Positions 8,925 to 19,351 of a DNA stretch of 32,000 bases are shown here, piece by piece (position 1 is the first letter of the stretch; each line of letters starts with the position of its first letter). This DNA comes from Fastidiosibacter lacustris (GTDB lineage: Bacteria; Pseudomonadota; Gammaproteobacteria; Francisellales; Francisellaceae), in the NCBI RefSeq assembly GCF_003428155.1, contig NZ_QLIR01000006.1, positions 60,539 through 92,538 of the forward strand. The letters are read 5' to 3'. A program made the translations under genes and the position numbers. Below the pieces are notes generated by a model that was not told the origin of the DNA, did not search any database, and was given only the letters and a program-made list of their open reading frames with translations.

Positions 8925-10809
8925 CTTTATTGCACATCGAGGTGCTAATCAGATTGCACCTGAAAATACGATGCTTGCATTTAAAAAAGCTTATGATGCG
9001 GGATGTAAATGGATTGAGTTAGATGTACAGCTAAGTGCAGATGACGTTTTATTTATTTTTCATGACAACAATGCCAAAAAATTAACAGGCATAGATGCAG
9101 ATATTACTACTTGGCAGTGGCATAAGATTGAAAGTTTATCGGTGTTAAGCGATACATTTTATGACATACATGTTCAAGGATTAAATCGTATTCCAATGCT
9201 TAAGACATATCTTGATTGGATGGCTGAAATCACTGATTTGCATACTAATATTGAAGTGAAAGTAAGGCAGAGTTTTGATGAAGTTTATGAAGTGCGTTTG
9301 GTTCAAGCATTGTTAAAACTATTAGCAGAATATCCGCAACTACATGATAGGATTTTATTGTCGAGTTTTTCAGAATACGTATTGGGACTGTTAGCAGGTA
9401 GTAAATTAGGAATAGCACGTGAGTTTTTATTAGAAATAGAAGATTGGCAGGTTGCTCATCGTGATGTGTTTGACCGCATCAAACAATTATATGGTCTTTG
9501 GAATTGTGTTGCGCTTGGCATTAATAATGCTGTTTTAACTCTAGAGCGGATAGTGGAGCTTAAAGCAAGCTTTGGCAAGTTATTGACTTACTCAAATAGC
9601 AAACTTACAGATGAGGTTGTTTTACAAATGCTAAAAGAAGGTATAGATGGTATTTTTATTGATGACTTAAACCTAGTAGAAAAAACATACAATATTACAA
9701 AAAATATAGGTTTTTTAGCAACAGGAGATGAAATTACAACTGGCGATGTACTTAATACTAACACTCCTGAGCTTGCCCAAAGGTTATATTCAGAAGGATT
9801 TGAAGTAGGCATACATTTGGCTTGTTTTGATAATAAAGATAAGCTAAAAACTAGTTTGAAATTCTTGCTTAACGAGCATGCTATTGTGATCACAGTAGGT
9901 GGCTTAGGACCAACAGAGGATGATAAGACAGTAGAAGCAATTGCAGAAGTTTTTGAGCAGCAGTTGGTGTTTAATGAAGCATCGTGGCAGCGAATATATG
10001 AACGTGTGGCAAAGCGTTTTGGTAGTGTTCCTGAAAATAATAAAAAACAAGCTTATTTCCCGCAAGGTGCGCAAGTTTTGATCAATGAAGTCGGTACAGC
10101 AGATGGTTGTTATATTCATCAGGGGGATAAGCACCTATTTATGCTGCCAGGACCACCTCATGAATGTTTGCCAATGTTTGAAAAACTAGTATTACCCATT
10201 TTGAGTCAATTACAAAACAAACAAAAGCCAGCACATTTTAATTGGCAGTTGATAGGAGTTTCTGAAGCGCATATTGCATGTCAATTAAAGCCCTTGGCAG
10301 ATAAGTATCAAGTTGAGCTTGGATATAGAGCAGCTTATCCTTACCTTGAAGTTAAGCTACATTTAGCAAGTACAAGTGAAGGTACAATACAATTGGTAAA
10401 CGAAATAGATGCCCTTATTGAACCATTTGTGGTAAGTAGAAACAAACAGTCTGCCAGCAAGTTATTAAAGAGCTATTTACGTTCAGGAGAGGTTGTATTG
10501 ACTATGCAAAAAGACGTCACCAAGGGATACGTCTATAGTCATTTAGCAGAAATGATGCCTGTCTGTGAATCGCAACCTAGGTTATCTATTCAATTACAAA
10601 CGAATGGTATGACAATATTTTGGCAGAAAACGGATGCTCCAGTGGATGATCTGTCACTACTTGTTAAAGTTGAGGATCATGTCGATAAGCGTGAATTTGA
10701 GCAAGAGTTACATGTGCGTTTTAGTAATAAAGGCAAACATAGTCTTAATTTTGTTTATGAATGGATTTGTGCTCAGGTCGTGCGTTTAATTCAAAAGGAG
10801 ATGAAGTGA
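8911..10809 (+). CDS. Fusion protein: N-terminal glycerophosphodiester phosphodiesterase (GDPD) domain plus C-terminal CinA/MoaB-like molybdopterin-binding domain
   Basis: Single 632-aa ORF. N-part: [47 protein letters not shown] (GDPD). C-part: [27 protein letters not shown]...[23 protein letters not shown]...[14 protein letters not shown] (CinA N-terminal domain). Overlaps the rmuC end by 14 nt. Confidence 0.9.
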   Translation: MKINSFIAHRGANQIAPENTMLAFKKAYDAGCKWIELDVQLSADDVLFIFHDNNAKKLTGIDADITTWQWHKIESLSVLSDTFYDIHVQGLNRIPMLKTYLDWMAEITDLHTNIEVKVRQSFDEVYEVRLVQALLKLLAEYPQLHDRILLSSFSEYVLGLLAGSKLGIAREFLLEIEDWQVAHRDVFDRIKQLYGLWNCVALGINNAVLTLERIVELKASFGKLLTYSNSKLTDEVVLQMLKEGIDGIFIDDLNLVEKTYNITKNIGFLATGDEITTGDVLNTNTPELAQRLYSEGFEVGIHLACFDNKDKLKTSLKFLLNEHAIVITVGGLGPTEDDKTVEAIAEVFEQQLVFNEASWQRIYERVAKRFGSVPENNKKQAYFPQGAQVLINEVGTADGCYIHQGDKHLFMLPGPPHECLPMFEKLVLPILSQLQNKQKPAHFNWQLIGVSEAHIACQLKPLADKYQVELGYRAAYPYLEVKLHLASTSEGTIQLVNEIDALIEPFVVSRNKQSASKLLKSYLRSGEVVLTMQKDVTKGYVYSHLAEMMPVCESQPRLSIQLQTNGMTIFWQKTDAPVDDLSLLVKVEDHVDKREFEQELHVRFSNKGKHSLNFVYEWICAQVVRLIQKEMK

Positions 10810-11297
10810 TGGAGAATGCTCTTGTTGGTGTTGTAATGGGTTCCAAGTCTGATTGGGAAACAATGAGAAATGCAACAGAAACGCTGAGAGTTTTAGGTAT
10901 TCCTTATGAAGCGCAAGTAGTGTCTGCTCATAGAACGCCTGATCTTTTATTTGAATATGCTGAATCGGCCGAAGTAAAAGGCTTAAAAGTCATTATTGCC
11001 GGTGCTGGAGGAGCTGCACATCTACCTGGGATGCTTGCCGCTAAAACACATATTCCGGTGTTGGGTGTGCCTGTGCAATCCAAAGCTTTATCAGGTCAAG
11101 ATTCATTGTTGTCAATTGTGCAAATGCCAGCAGGGGTGCCTGTGGCAACTTTTGCAATTGGAAAAGCAGGCGCAATTAATGCCGCACTCTTTGCTTGTAG
11201 TATATTGGCTAATCAGCATGAAAAATACAATAAGGCGATAAAGACCTATCGTAAACAACAGACACAAATGGTGTTGAGTAACACTAATTTGGAGTAA
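10809..11297 (+). CDS. purE: 5-(carboxyamino)imidazole ribonucleotide mutase
   Basis: [81 protein letters not shown]. Likely start is ATG 10809 (MENALVG), overlapping the upstream TGA. Confidence 0.96.
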   Translation: MENALVGVVMGSKSDWETMRNATETLRVLGIPYEAQVVSAHRTPDLLFEYAESAEVKGLKVIIAGAGGAAHLPGMLAAKTHIPVLGVPVQSKALSGQDSLLSIVQMPAGVPVATFAIGKAGAINAALFACSILANQHEKYNKAIKTYRKQQTQMVLSNTNLE

Positions 11298-11416
11298 ATT
11301 TAGCAGTGTTGACAGGTGTGCTTGAGAGTCTGTTCATCTAACTGTGTAAATTTTTCATAATTCTAAATTCTGCCTTCAAGTTTGATTAAAAAATGAGGCA
11401 TAGCTTCACTCCAATT

Positions 11417-11618
11417 CAAATTTATTTCTGTACACGAAGAAAAAATTACAAAATACCGACAAGCATTATTTTTTCTTGATTTGTAGATTTGCAATATATG
11501 AAAAAGCATTTCAATCGGGTATTACAGTTAAGGACTTTAAGTTACGTTTGAAAACTCTACAAGATCCATTCTAAGGTGCTAGTCAAATGAAGAAATCTTC
11601 GTGTACAGAGCAAATTTG
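11417..11618. repeat. About 202-bp segment bounded by near-perfect inverted repeats (IRL 11417-11440, IRR 11596-11618), MITE/IS-remnant-like
   Basis: CAAATTTATTTCTGTACACGAAGA at left; reverse complement of right arm is CAAATTTGCTCTGTACACGAAGA. The 14-nt core TCTGTACACGAAGA is perfect. Confidence 0.6.
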
Positions 11619-11628
11619 TGTACAACTG

Positions 11629-11657
11629 TTGATGTTTGAATCAGTTTGCGTTAGAAT
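11629..11657 (+). promoter_or_regulatory. Putative sigma70 promoter of the truncated S10 operon
   Basis: TTGATG (11629-11634), 17-bp spacer, TAGAAT (11652-11657). Confidence 0.45.
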
Positions 11658-11767
11658 GCGCTACCATTTAACTGTGTCAAAGCCTTAAAGGTGTTGTTGT
11701 AATGTGGGTGGCTCCTTATTAATTAGGAGGTTAGTCTTTTATTGGCGCATGTTTTAAGGTAAATTTT

Positions 11768-11822
11768 GAGCTGTTTTATATGGCGTTTGTAATAAATGTC
11801 ATATAAAACAGTTCACTTTTTT
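11768..11822 (+). terminator. Intrinsic-terminator/attenuator-like hairpin in the leader upstream of rplC
   Basis: 17-bp stem GAGCTGTTTTATATGGC / GTCATATAAAACAGTTC (G-U pairs allowed), 13-nt loop, followed by ACTTTTTT; 167 nt upstream of rplC. Confidence 0.6.
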
Positions 11823-11988
11823 GTGAGTTGTGTCTTTGCATTTGCCTAAATTGCAAAGAACTTGCTAAAGCATATTTTTTGTTAAAAGTAATTGCTTTAG
11901 TTGAGCTGCATGAGTTTTGTGCAGATTAAAAGCGTTTCACGGTCAATTGTAATCGTGAAAGTAAATAATAATAAAGTGAGGATAAAAG

Positions 11989-12633
11989 ATGTCTTTAGGT
12001 ATCGTAGGTCGCAAATGCGGCATGACTCGTGTATTCACTGAAGATGGCACATCTATCCCTGTAACAGTTATTCATGTGGAGCCAAATACGGTAACGCAAG
12101 TAAAAACTACTAAAACAGATGGATATAGTTCTATTCAGGTGACAACAGGTGTTAAAAAGCGCTCTCGCGTAACTAAACCAGAAGCGGGTCATTTTGCTAA
12201 GGCAAATGTTGAGCCAGGTCGTGGTTTGTGGGAGTTTTGTCTAGGTGCTGAGCAAGTTATCGAATTTGAAGCTGGTAAAACAATTGACGTTTCAATGTTT
12301 GAGGCTGGTCAAAAAGTAGATGTGACAGGCACATCAAAAGGTAAAGGTTTCCAAGGTGGTGTTAAGCGTCATAATTTCAGAACGCAAGATGCAACTCATG
12401 GTAACTCTCTTTCGCATCGTGTACCTGGTTCAACAGGTCAAAACCAAACACCAGGCCGTGTTTTCAAGAACAAGAAAATGGCTGGTCACTTAGGTAATGT
12501 TAAAACCACTATTCAAACTCTTGAAGTCGTTAAAGTAGATGTTGAAAATGGTTTATTGCTGCTAAAAGGTGGCATCCCAGGCGCAACAGGCGGTGATGTT
12601 ATTGTAACACCTGCTATTAAAGTTAAAGCTTAA
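11989..12633 (+). CDS. rplC: 50S ribosomal protein L3
   Basis: [17 protein letters not shown]...[14 protein letters not shown]...[23 protein letters not shown]. Confidence 0.98.
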   Translation: MSLGIVGRKCGMTRVFTEDGTSIPVTVIHVEPNTVTQVKTTKTDGYSSIQVTTGVKKRSRVTKPEAGHFAKANVEPGRGLWEFCLGAEQVIEFEAGKTIDVSMFEAGQKVDVTGTSKGKGFQGGVKRHNFRTQDATHGNSLSHRVPGSTGQNQTPGRVFKNKKMAGHLGNVKTTIQTLEVVKVDVENGLLLLKGGIPGATGGDVIVTPAIKVKA

Positions 12634-12647
12634 GAGGGAGAAGTTAC

Positions 12648-13271
12648 GTGGATTTAAATATTAAAACATTAGCGGGCGACAATCATTCGGTATTGAATGT
12701 TGCAGATAGCGTGTTCTCTAGAGACTATAACGAAGCGCTCATTCATCAAGTTGTTGTTGCTTATATGGCAGGTAGTCGTCAAGGTACAAAAGCGCAAAAA
12801 ACACGTGCCGAGGTTTCAGGTGGTGGCTCTAAGCCTTGGAGACAAAAAGGTACAGGGCGTGCTCGTGCGGGGACAATTCGTTCACCTTTATGGCGTAAGG
12901 GCGGTGTGATATTCGCTGCTAAACCAAGAAATTATGAGCAAAAAGTCAACCGTAAGATGTATCGAGCTGCCATTCAATCTATTTTATCTGAGCTGTTAAG
13001 AGCGGAGCGTTTGTTAGTGATTGAAGGCTTTAAAGTTGAGACGCCAAAAACAAAAGAATTTGTTCAAGCTTTAAAACAATTAGATATAAAAGAAGCATTA
13101 ATCGTTGTAAGTCCTGAAGAGTTTACCGAAGAGCTTTATCTAGCTTCAAGAAACATTAAAAACGTAGCCGTTGTTGATTCACAAGAAATCAATCCAGTTG
13201 CTTTAATGTGTTTTGATAAAGTAATTATGACTCAAGAAGCAGTTAAGCAAGTTGAGGAGCGTTTAGTATGA
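12648..13271 (+). CDS. rplD: 50S ribosomal protein L4
   Basis: [42 protein letters not shown]. Confidence 0.98.
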   Translation: MDLNIKTLAGDNHSVLNVADSVFSRDYNEALIHQVVVAYMAGSRQGTKAQKTRAEVSGGGSKPWRQKGTGRARAGTIRSPLWRKGGVIFAAKPRNYEQKVNRKMYRAAIQSILSELLRAERLLVIEGFKVETPKTKEFVQALKQLDIKEALIVVSPEEFTEELYLASRNIKNVAVVDSQEINPVALMCFDKVIMTQEAVKQVEERLV

Positions 13272-13564
13272 ATCAAGAAAGATTGCTTAAAGTGTTGCTA
13301 AGTCCGCATGTGACTAATAAGGCATATGAGGTAGCTGAGCGCTCTTCTTATGTTGTATTTAAAGTCGCAACTAATGCAACTAAAATAGAAATTAAAAAAG
13401 CGGTTGAAATGCTTTTTGAAGTAAAAGTTGAAGATGTGAAAACTGTCAACGTGAAAGGTAAAGCGCGCCGTTTTGGTCGTATTGAAGGTAGAACTAAGGA
13501 CTGGAAGAAAGCTTATATTAGACTTGCTGAAGGTCATGACATCAATTTTATTGGTGCTGAATAA
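13268..13564 (+). CDS. rplW: 50S ribosomal protein L23
   Basis: Position between L4 and L2; [16 protein letters not shown]...[29 protein letters not shown]. Confidence 0.97.
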   Translation: MNQERLLKVLLSPHVTNKAYEVAERSSYVVFKVATNATKIEIKKAVEMLFEVKVEDVKTVNVKGKARRFGRIEGRTKDWKKAYIRLAEGHDINFIGAE

Positions 13565-13585
13565 GTTAGAGGTGAGGATAAATAA

Positions 13586-14407
13586 ATGAAAGTAGTTAAA
13601 GCAAAACCAACCTCTCCTGGTCGTCGCTTTGTTATTCAGGTTAAAAACCCTGACTTATACAAAGGTAAACCTTTTGCTGGATTAGTTGAGAAAAAATCTA
13701 AAAACTCAGGTCGTAATAACCAGGGTCGTATTACAGTTCGTCACCAAGGTGGTGGTCACAAGCAAAATTACCGCGTTATTGACTTTAAACGGGTCAAAGA
13801 TGATATTCCTGCTAAAGTTGAGCGTATCGAATATGATCCTAACCGTACAGCATACATTGCCTTGGTGTTGTATAAAGACGGAGAAAGAAGATACATGATT
13901 GCACCAAAGGGTTTGGTTGAAGGTATGGAGGTAATATCTGGTGAGCATGTCTCGATCAAACCAGGTAACTGTATGCCAATTCGTAACATTCCTTTGGGTG
14001 CGGTTGTTCACAACGTTGAGTTGAAGCCAGGTAAAGGTGCTCAATTAGCACGTTCAGCGGGAGCTTCAATGCAAATCGTTGGTAAAGACAATGCTTATGC
14101 GATCGTGCGCTTGCGTTCAGGTGAGATGCGCAAAGTGTTGTTAAGTTGTCGTGCAGTAATTGGTACAGTGTCTAATTCTGAGCACAACTTAAGATCAATC
14201 GGTAAAGCTGGAGCAAATCGTTGGCGTGGTATTCGCCCGACCGTACGTGGTGTTGCAATGAACCCTGTTGATCACCCACATGGTGGTGGTGAGGGTCGTA
14301 CATCTGCTGGGCGTCATCCTGTGACGCCGTGGGGTGTGAAGACTAAGGGTAAAAAGACACGTACAAACAAGCGCTCCAATAAGCTGATTGTACAAAGACG
14401 TAAATAA
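13586..14407 (+). CDS. rplB: 50S ribosomal protein L2
   Basis: [15 protein letters not shown]...[15 protein letters not shown]...[29 protein letters not shown]. Confidence 0.98.
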   Translation: MKVVKAKPTSPGRRFVIQVKNPDLYKGKPFAGLVEKKSKNSGRNNQGRITVRHQGGGHKQNYRVIDFKRVKDDIPAKVERIEYDPNRTAYIALVLYKDGERRYMIAPKGLVEGMEVISGEHVSIKPGNCMPIRNIPLGAVVHNVELKPGKGAQLARSAGASMQIVGKDNAYAIVRLRSGEMRKVLLSCRAVIGTVSNSEHNLRSIGKAGANRWRGIRPTVRGVAMNPVDHPHGGGEGRTSAGRHPVTPWGVKTKGKKTRTNKRSNKLIVQRRK

Positions 14408-14423
14408 TTAAAGGGAGAATATT

Positions 14424-14702
14424 GTGGCTCGTTCATTAAAGAAAGGACCTTTTGTTGATCATCACTTATTAAAGAAAGTGTTTGATGCGCAAGAGGCTAA
14501 TTCAAAAAAGCCAATTAAAACTTGGTCGAGAAGATCCATGATTGTGCCGGATATGATTGGTTTAACAATTGCTGTGCATAATGGGCATCAACATGTGCCA
14601 GTGCTTGTCACTGAAAACATGATTGGACACAAGTTAGGCGAATTTGCTGTGACTCGTAATTACCGAGGTCACGCAGCAGATAAAAAAGCTAAGAAAAAAT
14701 AA
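14424..14702 (+). CDS. rpsS: 30S ribosomal protein S19
   Basis: [19 protein letters not shown]...[30 protein letters not shown]. Confidence 0.98.
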   Translation: MARSLKKGPFVDHHLLKKVFDAQEANSKKPIKTWSRRSMIVPDMIGLTIAVHNGHQHVPVLVTENMIGHKLGEFAVTRNYRGHAADKKAKKK

Positions 14703-14714
14703 TTGAGGTTTTCA

Positions 14715-15050
14715 ATGGAAGTTCAAGCTAAATTAAAACATGCGCGAATTTCAGCTCAAAAAGCGCGTTTGGTTGCTGATCAAATTCGCGGTTTGCCAGT
14801 TGAAAAAGCGTTAAATCTTCTTTCTTTTAGCAATAAAAAAGCTGCTAGTCTGATCAAAGGTGTCTTAACGTCTGCTATCGCTAACGCTGAGCATAATGAT
14901 GGGTTGGATATTGACGAATTGTATGTTTCTACAGTTCATGTCGATGAAGGTCCAACTATGAAACGTTTTGAAGCTCGCGCTAAAGGTCGTGGTAATCGTA
15001 TTTTAAAACGCACTTCTCACGTAACCGTGAAAGTAGCAGAAAAAAATTAA
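14715..15050 (+). CDS. rplV: 50S ribosomal protein L22
   Basis: [33 protein letters not shown]; ATG 14715 preferred over the TTG at 14703 used by the ORF track. Confidence 0.97.
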   Translation: MEVQAKLKHARISAQKARLVADQIRGLPVEKALNLLSFSNKKAASLIKGVLTSAIANAEHNDGLDIDELYVSTVHVDEGPTMKRFEARAKGRGNRILKRTSHVTVKVAEKN

Positions 15051-15060
15051 GGGGCACTAA

Positions 15061-15756
15061 ATGGGTCAGAAGGTACATCCTACCGGTATACGCTTAGGTT
15101 TTATCAAAGACTGGCGTTCAGTATGGTATGCAGGTTCCAAGGACTATGCAGATAAGTTAAACACGGATATCGAAGTGCGTACTTATCTTCATAAGAAATT
15201 GGAAAATGCTTCCGTTAGTCGTATTAAGATCGAAAGACCAGCGCAAAATGCTAAGGTCACTATTTTCACTGCGCGTCCTGGTATCGTGATTGGTAAAAAA
15301 GGTGAAGATGTAGAAATATTGCGTAATGAATTAACTAAAAAAATGGGTATTCCCGTTCAAATCAATATTGAAGAAGTTCGTAAGCCTGAACTAGATGCGC
15401 AGTTAGTTGCAGATGGCATTTCACAACAGCTTGAGAAGCGTGTAATGTTTCGTCGTGCGATGAAGCGTGCGATTCAAACAGCGATGAAAATGGGTGCTGA
15501 GGGGATTAAGGTATCGATTGCTGGTCGCTTGGGTGGTGCTGAGATTGCGCGCACTGAGTGGGCAAAAGAAGGTCGTATTCCACTTCATACTTTCCGTGCT
15601 GATATTGATTATGCAACATCTGAGGCTTTAACAACTTATGGTATTCTAGGTGTTAAAGTGTGGATATTCAAAGGCGAAATTCTTCCTGGTCAAGAGCGTA
15701 AGCCTGAAGCAGAAGATAAAGCGCCTAAAAAAGCAAAAAGAAGAGGGGCTAAATAA
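15061..15756 (+). CDS. rpsC: 30S ribosomal protein S3
   Basis: [25 protein letters not shown]. Confidence 0.98.
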   Translation: MGQKVHPTGIRLGFIKDWRSVWYAGSKDYADKLNTDIEVRTYLHKKLENASVSRIKIERPAQNAKVTIFTARPGIVIGKKGEDVEILRNELTKKMGIPVQINIEEVRKPELDAQLVADGISQQLEKRVMFRRAMKRAIQTAMKMGAEGIKVSIAGRLGGAEIARTEWAKEGRIPLHTFRADIDYATSEALTTYGILGVKVWIFKGEILPGQERKPEAEDKAPKKAKRRGAK

Positions 15757-16169
15757 TGTTACAGCCTAAGCGTACTAAATTCCGTAAACAGCAAAAGTTA
15801 CGTAATCGTGGTCTTGCTCTGCGTGGTAATAAAGTAAGTTTTGGTGATTTCGGTTTACAAGCGATTGGTCGTGGTCGCTTAACTGCTCGCCAAATTGAAG
15901 CCGGTCGTCGTGCAATTAATCGCCACGTACGCCGTGGTGGTAAGGTTTGGATCCGTGTATTCCCAGATAAACCAATTACTGAAAAACCATTAGAAGTTCG
16001 TATGGGTAAAGGTAAAGGTAACGTTGAGTACTGGGTGGCCCAAATTCAGCCAGGAAAAATGCTTTATGAAATCCAAGGTGTGAGTGAAGAAATCGCAAGA
16101 GCTGCGTTTGCGCGTGCTGCTGCTAAACTTCCAATTGCAACCACATTCACAGAAAAGACGGTGATGTAA
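15756..16169 (+). CDS. rplP: 50S ribosomal protein L16
   Basis: [37 protein letters not shown]; start overlaps rpsC stop. Confidence 0.98.
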   Translation: MLQPKRTKFRKQQKLRNRGLALRGNKVSFGDFGLQAIGRGRLTARQIEAGRRAINRHVRRGGKVWIRVFPDKPITEKPLEVRMGKGKGNVEYWVAQIQPGKMLYEIQGVSEEIARAAFARAAAKLPIATTFTEKTVM

Positions 16170-16378
16170 TGAAGGCAAGTGAAAAAATTAAAGAATTGAA
16201 AGCAAAGTCTGCTCAAGAGCTAAAAGCGCAAAAAATTGATTTGTTAAAAGAACAGTTTAATTTGCGTATGCAAAAGGGCGCTGGGCAGTTAACGAAAAAT
16301 CATATATTCAAAAACATTCGTCGTGATATTGCTCGTATTAATACAATTTTGTCTGAAAAACAAAAAGTAGGTGCTTAG
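16169..16378 (+). CDS. rpmC: 50S ribosomal protein L29
   Basis: Small helical protein between L16 and S17; [32 protein letters not shown]. Confidence 0.97.
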   Translation: MKASEKIKELKAKSAQELKAQKIDLLKEQFNLRMQKGAGQLTKNHIFKNIRRDIARINTILSEKQKVGA

Positions 16379-16380
16379 AA

Positions 16381-16632
16381 ATGAGTGATAAAATTAGAAC
16401 GTTACTTGGAAGAGTAACCAGCGACAAAATGGACAAAACTATCACGGTTGTAGTTGATCGTAAAGTTAAGCATCCATTATATGGTAAGTTTGTCACTAAG
16501 ACGACTAAGTATCATGCGCATGATGAAGGTAATGAGTGTAAAGAAGGCGATACAGTAGAAATTACTGAAACAAGACCTTACTCAAAGACTAAAAAGTGGC
16601 GTTTGGTTTCAATCGTAGAGCGTGCAAAATAA
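16381..16632 (+). CDS. rpsQ: 30S ribosomal protein S17
   Basis: [33 protein letters not shown]. Confidence 0.98.
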   Translation: MSDKIRTLLGRVTSDKMDKTITVVVDRKVKHPLYGKFVTKTTKYHAHDEGNECKEGDTVEITETRPYSKTKKWRLVSIVERAK

Positions 16633-16715
16633 GGAAATTTGCATTTTATGTGCAGATTTCTTTCGTTGTGAAAAGCGCGAAATGTGTGTTAAAGCAAAGT
16701 TAGAAACTGCTTAAA

Positions 16716-16743
16716 TTGCATTTTTGATTTTTGTTGTTATAAT
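16716..16743 (+). promoter_or_regulatory. Putative spc-operon promoter between rpsQ and rplN
   Basis: TTGCAT (16716-16721), 16-bp spacer, consensus TATAAT (16738-16743) in the 163-bp gap; E. coli Pspc is in the equivalent position. Confidence 0.7.
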
Positions 16744-16795
16744 AGTGCGTCTTTTTGACGCCACTACTTAGAAATTGACGTAAGTGAGGTATAAA

Positions 16796-17164
16796 ATGAT
16801 TCAGATGCAAACTGAACTTCAAGTTGCTGATAATAGTGGCGCTCGTCGGGTAGAATGTATCAAAGTGTTGGGTGGCTCCCATCGTAGATACGCAAGTATA
16901 GGTGATGTGATTAAAGTTTCTGTTAAAGAAGCTAACCCACGCGGTAAGGTGAAAAAGGGTAGTGTTTACAGTGCAGTAGTGGTTAGAACAGCTAAAGGTG
17001 TTCGTCGCCGTGATGGATCTGTTTTGCGCTTTGATGGTAATGCAGTTGTTCTTTTGAATAACCAAAACCAACCGATTGGCACACGTATATTTGGTCCTGT
17101 GACACGCGAGCTACGTAGTGAAAAGTTTATGAAAATTGTTTCACTTGCCCCAGAAGTGTTATAA
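16796..17164 (+). CDS. rplN: 50S ribosomal protein L14
   Basis: [33 protein letters not shown]; ATG 16796 preferred to the upstream GTG. Confidence 0.97.
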   Translation: MIQMQTELQVADNSGARRVECIKVLGGSHRRYASIGDVIKVSVKEANPRGKVKKGSVYSAVVVRTAKGVRRRDGSVLRFDGNAVVLLNNQNQPIGTRIFGPVTRELRSEKFMKIVSLAPEVL

Positions 17165-17181
17165 GTTGGAGTATAACAGTA

Positions 17182-17505
17182 ATGAATAGACTGAAGAAAG
17201 GCGATGATGTAATCATTATTGCTGGTAAAGACAAAGGTCGTAGAGGAACGATAGTTACTGTGCTTTCTGATGAAGATCGCGTAGTAGTGGAAGGTGTGAA
17301 TCTAGTAAAACGTCATGTGAAGCCTAATCCAAATAGAGGGGTTGAGGGTGGCATCGTTGAGAAAGAAGCATCTATCCACGCATCTAATGTTGCTTTATAT
17401 AACCCTGCTACAAAGAAAGCTGACCGTGTTGGTATTAAATTTGTGGAAGATGGTAAGAAAAAGGTTCGCTATTTCAAGTCAAATGGCGAATTAGTAGATC
17501 TATAG
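17182..17505 (+). CDS. rplX: 50S ribosomal protein L24
   Basis: [19 protein letters not shown]...[22 protein letters not shown]. Confidence 0.97.
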   Translation: MNRLKKGDDVIIIAGKDKGRRGTIVTVLSDEDRVVVEGVNLVKRHVKPNPNRGVEGGIVEKEASIHASNVALYNPATKKADRVGIKFVEDGKKKVRYFKSNGELVDL

Positions 17506-17515
17506 GTAGTAAAAT

Positions 17516-18055
17516 ATGGCAAGGCTAAAAGCTTTCTATCAAGAAAAAGTAGTTGCACAGCTTAAGAATGAGCTTGGTATTGCTAATGTGATGGAGATTC
17601 CACGCATTACCAAAATCACGCTAAATATGGGTGTTGGTGAAGCTGCAAAAGATAAAAAAGCGATCGAGAATGCAGTTAAGGATCTAGAAGCAATCGCAGG
17701 TCAAAAAGCAGTGATTACTAAAACTAGAAAATCGATTGCAGGCTTTAAGATTCGTGATGGTTGGCCAATTGGTTGCAAAGTGACTTTACGTGGTAACCGT
17801 ATGTATGAATTTTTAGATCGTTTGATTACAATTGCAATCCCTCGTATCCGTGACTTTCGTGGTTTGAATCCTAAATCGTTTGATGGTCGTGGTAACTATA
17901 GCATGGGTATGCGTGAGCAAATTGCTTTTCCTGAAATCGAATATGATAAAGTTGATAGTATTCGTGGTTTAGATATCACTATTACAACAACTGCAAAAAA
18001 TGACGAGCAAGGCAAAGCATTGTTAAACGCATTTAACTTCCCATTGAAATCTTAA
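17516..18055 (+). CDS. rplE: 50S ribosomal protein L5
   Basis: [16 protein letters not shown]...[33 protein letters not shown]. Confidence 0.98.
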   Translation: MARLKAFYQEKVVAQLKNELGIANVMEIPRITKITLNMGVGEAAKDKKAIENAVKDLEAIAGQKAVITKTRKSIAGFKIRDGWPIGCKVTLRGNRMYEFLDRLITIAIPRIRDFRGLNPKSFDGRGNYSMGMREQIAFPEIEYDKVDSIRGLDITITTTAKNDEQGKALLNAFNFPLKS

Positions 18056-18069
18056 GGAGTTACTAGACA

Positions 18070-18375
18070 ATGGCAAAACTTGGAATGATCCAAAGAGAAT
18101 TGAAAAGACAGAGGTTGGTTGAAAAGTATGCTCAAAAAAGAGTTGAGCTTAAAGCAATTATTTTAAGCTCAACTGCCTCTGATGATCAAAAATGGGATGC
18201 ACAAATTAAATTGCAAAAACTTCCAGTTAACTCATCGCCTTCACGCCTTCAGACACGTTGTCGTATTACAGGCAGAGCACATGCTGTATACAAGAAATTT
18301 GGGCTATGTCGTAATAAATTGCGTGAACACGCAATGGTTGGTGATGTTCCTGGCTTGAAAAAAGCTAGTTGGTAA
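18070..18375 (+). CDS. rpsN: 30S ribosomal protein S14 (long, non-zinc form)
   Basis: [36 protein letters not shown]...VPGLKKASW. Confidence 0.98.
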   Translation: MAKLGMIQRELKRQRLVEKYAQKRVELKAIILSSTASDDQKWDAQIKLQKLPVNSSPSRLQTRCRITGRAHAVYKKFGLCRNKLREHAMVGDVPGLKKASW

Positions 18376-18392
18376 TAGAAGGATTAATTTTT

Positions 18393-18785
18393 ATGAGTAT
18401 GCAAGATCCTATTGCAGATATGTTAACAAGAATTAGAAATGGTTTGTCTGCACATAAGACAACGGTTTCTATGCCTTTGTCTAATAAGAAGAAGGCTATT
18501 GCTGATCTTCTTGTAAGTGAAGGTTATATCGAAAATGTTAATGTGTCAGAAGAGAATAATGGCACACTAAATATTGAACTTAAGTATCATCAAGGTCAAC
18601 CTGTGATTGAAATGCTAAAACGTATAAGTCGCCCTGGCCTTCGTATATACAAAACGGCTGCTGAACTTCCAAAAATATATGGTGGTTTCGGTGTGGCAGT
18701 GATTTCTACTTCTCGTGGCTTAATGAGCGATAGACAAGCACGCGCTCAAGGTGTTGGCGGTGAAGTGATTTGCTACGTAGCATAA
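18393..18785 (+). CDS. rpsH: 30S ribosomal protein S8
   Basis: [28 protein letters not shown]; ATG 18393 preferred. Confidence 0.97.
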   Translation: MSMQDPIADMLTRIRNGLSAHKTTVSMPLSNKKKAIADLLVSEGYIENVNVSEENNGTLNIELKYHQGQPVIEMLKRISRPGLRIYKTAAELPKIYGGFGVAVISTSRGLMSDRQARAQGVGGEVICYVA

Positions 18786-18800
18786 AGCAGGAGATATTCG

Positions 18801-19337
18801 ATGTCTAGAATTGGTAAAAAGCCTGTTGCTATTCCTAGTGGTGTAACGGTTGCAGTGGCAAGAGATAATTTTGTGACTGTAAAAGGTGCTAAAGGCGAGT
18901 TAGTTAAAAAAATTAATAATGCGGTAACAATTGAAGTTGCAGATAAAGTGGTTAACGTTAAAGCGAATGACGACTCTAAAAGTGCAAACATGCAATCAGG
19001 TACAGCGCGCGCCTTGATTAACAATATGATTGTTGGTGTGAGCCAAGGCTTCGAGAGGAAATTACAATTGGTTGGTGTGGGATACCGTGCTAAAGCCCAA
19101 GGTAATAGTGTCAACTTAACGCTTGGCTTTTCCCATCCGGTTGATCACGAATTACCTAAAGGTGTAACAGTTGAGACGCCTTCTCAAACTGAAATTGTTT
19201 TGAAGAGTGCAAATAAAGAGCTACTTGGTAAAGTTGCAGCAGACATTCGTTCATATCGTGAACCTGAGGTTTATAAAGGCAAAGGTGTTCGTTATGCGAA
19301 TGAAAAAGTCATAACCAAAGAAGCTAAGAAAAAATAA
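18801..19337 (+). CDS. rplF: 50S ribosomal protein L6
   Basis: [15 protein letters not shown]...[18 protein letters not shown]. Confidence 0.98.
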   Translation: MSRIGKKPVAIPSGVTVAVARDNFVTVKGAKGELVKKINNAVTIEVADKVVNVKANDDSKSANMQSGTARALINNMIVGVSQGFERKLQLVGVGYRAKAQGNSVNLTLGFSHPVDHELPKGVTVETPSQTEIVLKSANKELLGKVAADIRSYREPEVYKGKGVRYANEKVITKEAKKK

Positions 19338-19351
19338 GTGAGTAGAGAGCT

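Noticed and set aside
6411-10134. Antisense ORFs 6411-6782, 7727-7948, 9588-9893, 9904-10134
   Set aside because: Antisense shadows of glyQ, rmuC and the GDPD-CinA gene.
10996-11241. Plus-strand 81-aa ORF within purE
   Set aside because: Out-of-frame shadow of strongly recognised PurE.
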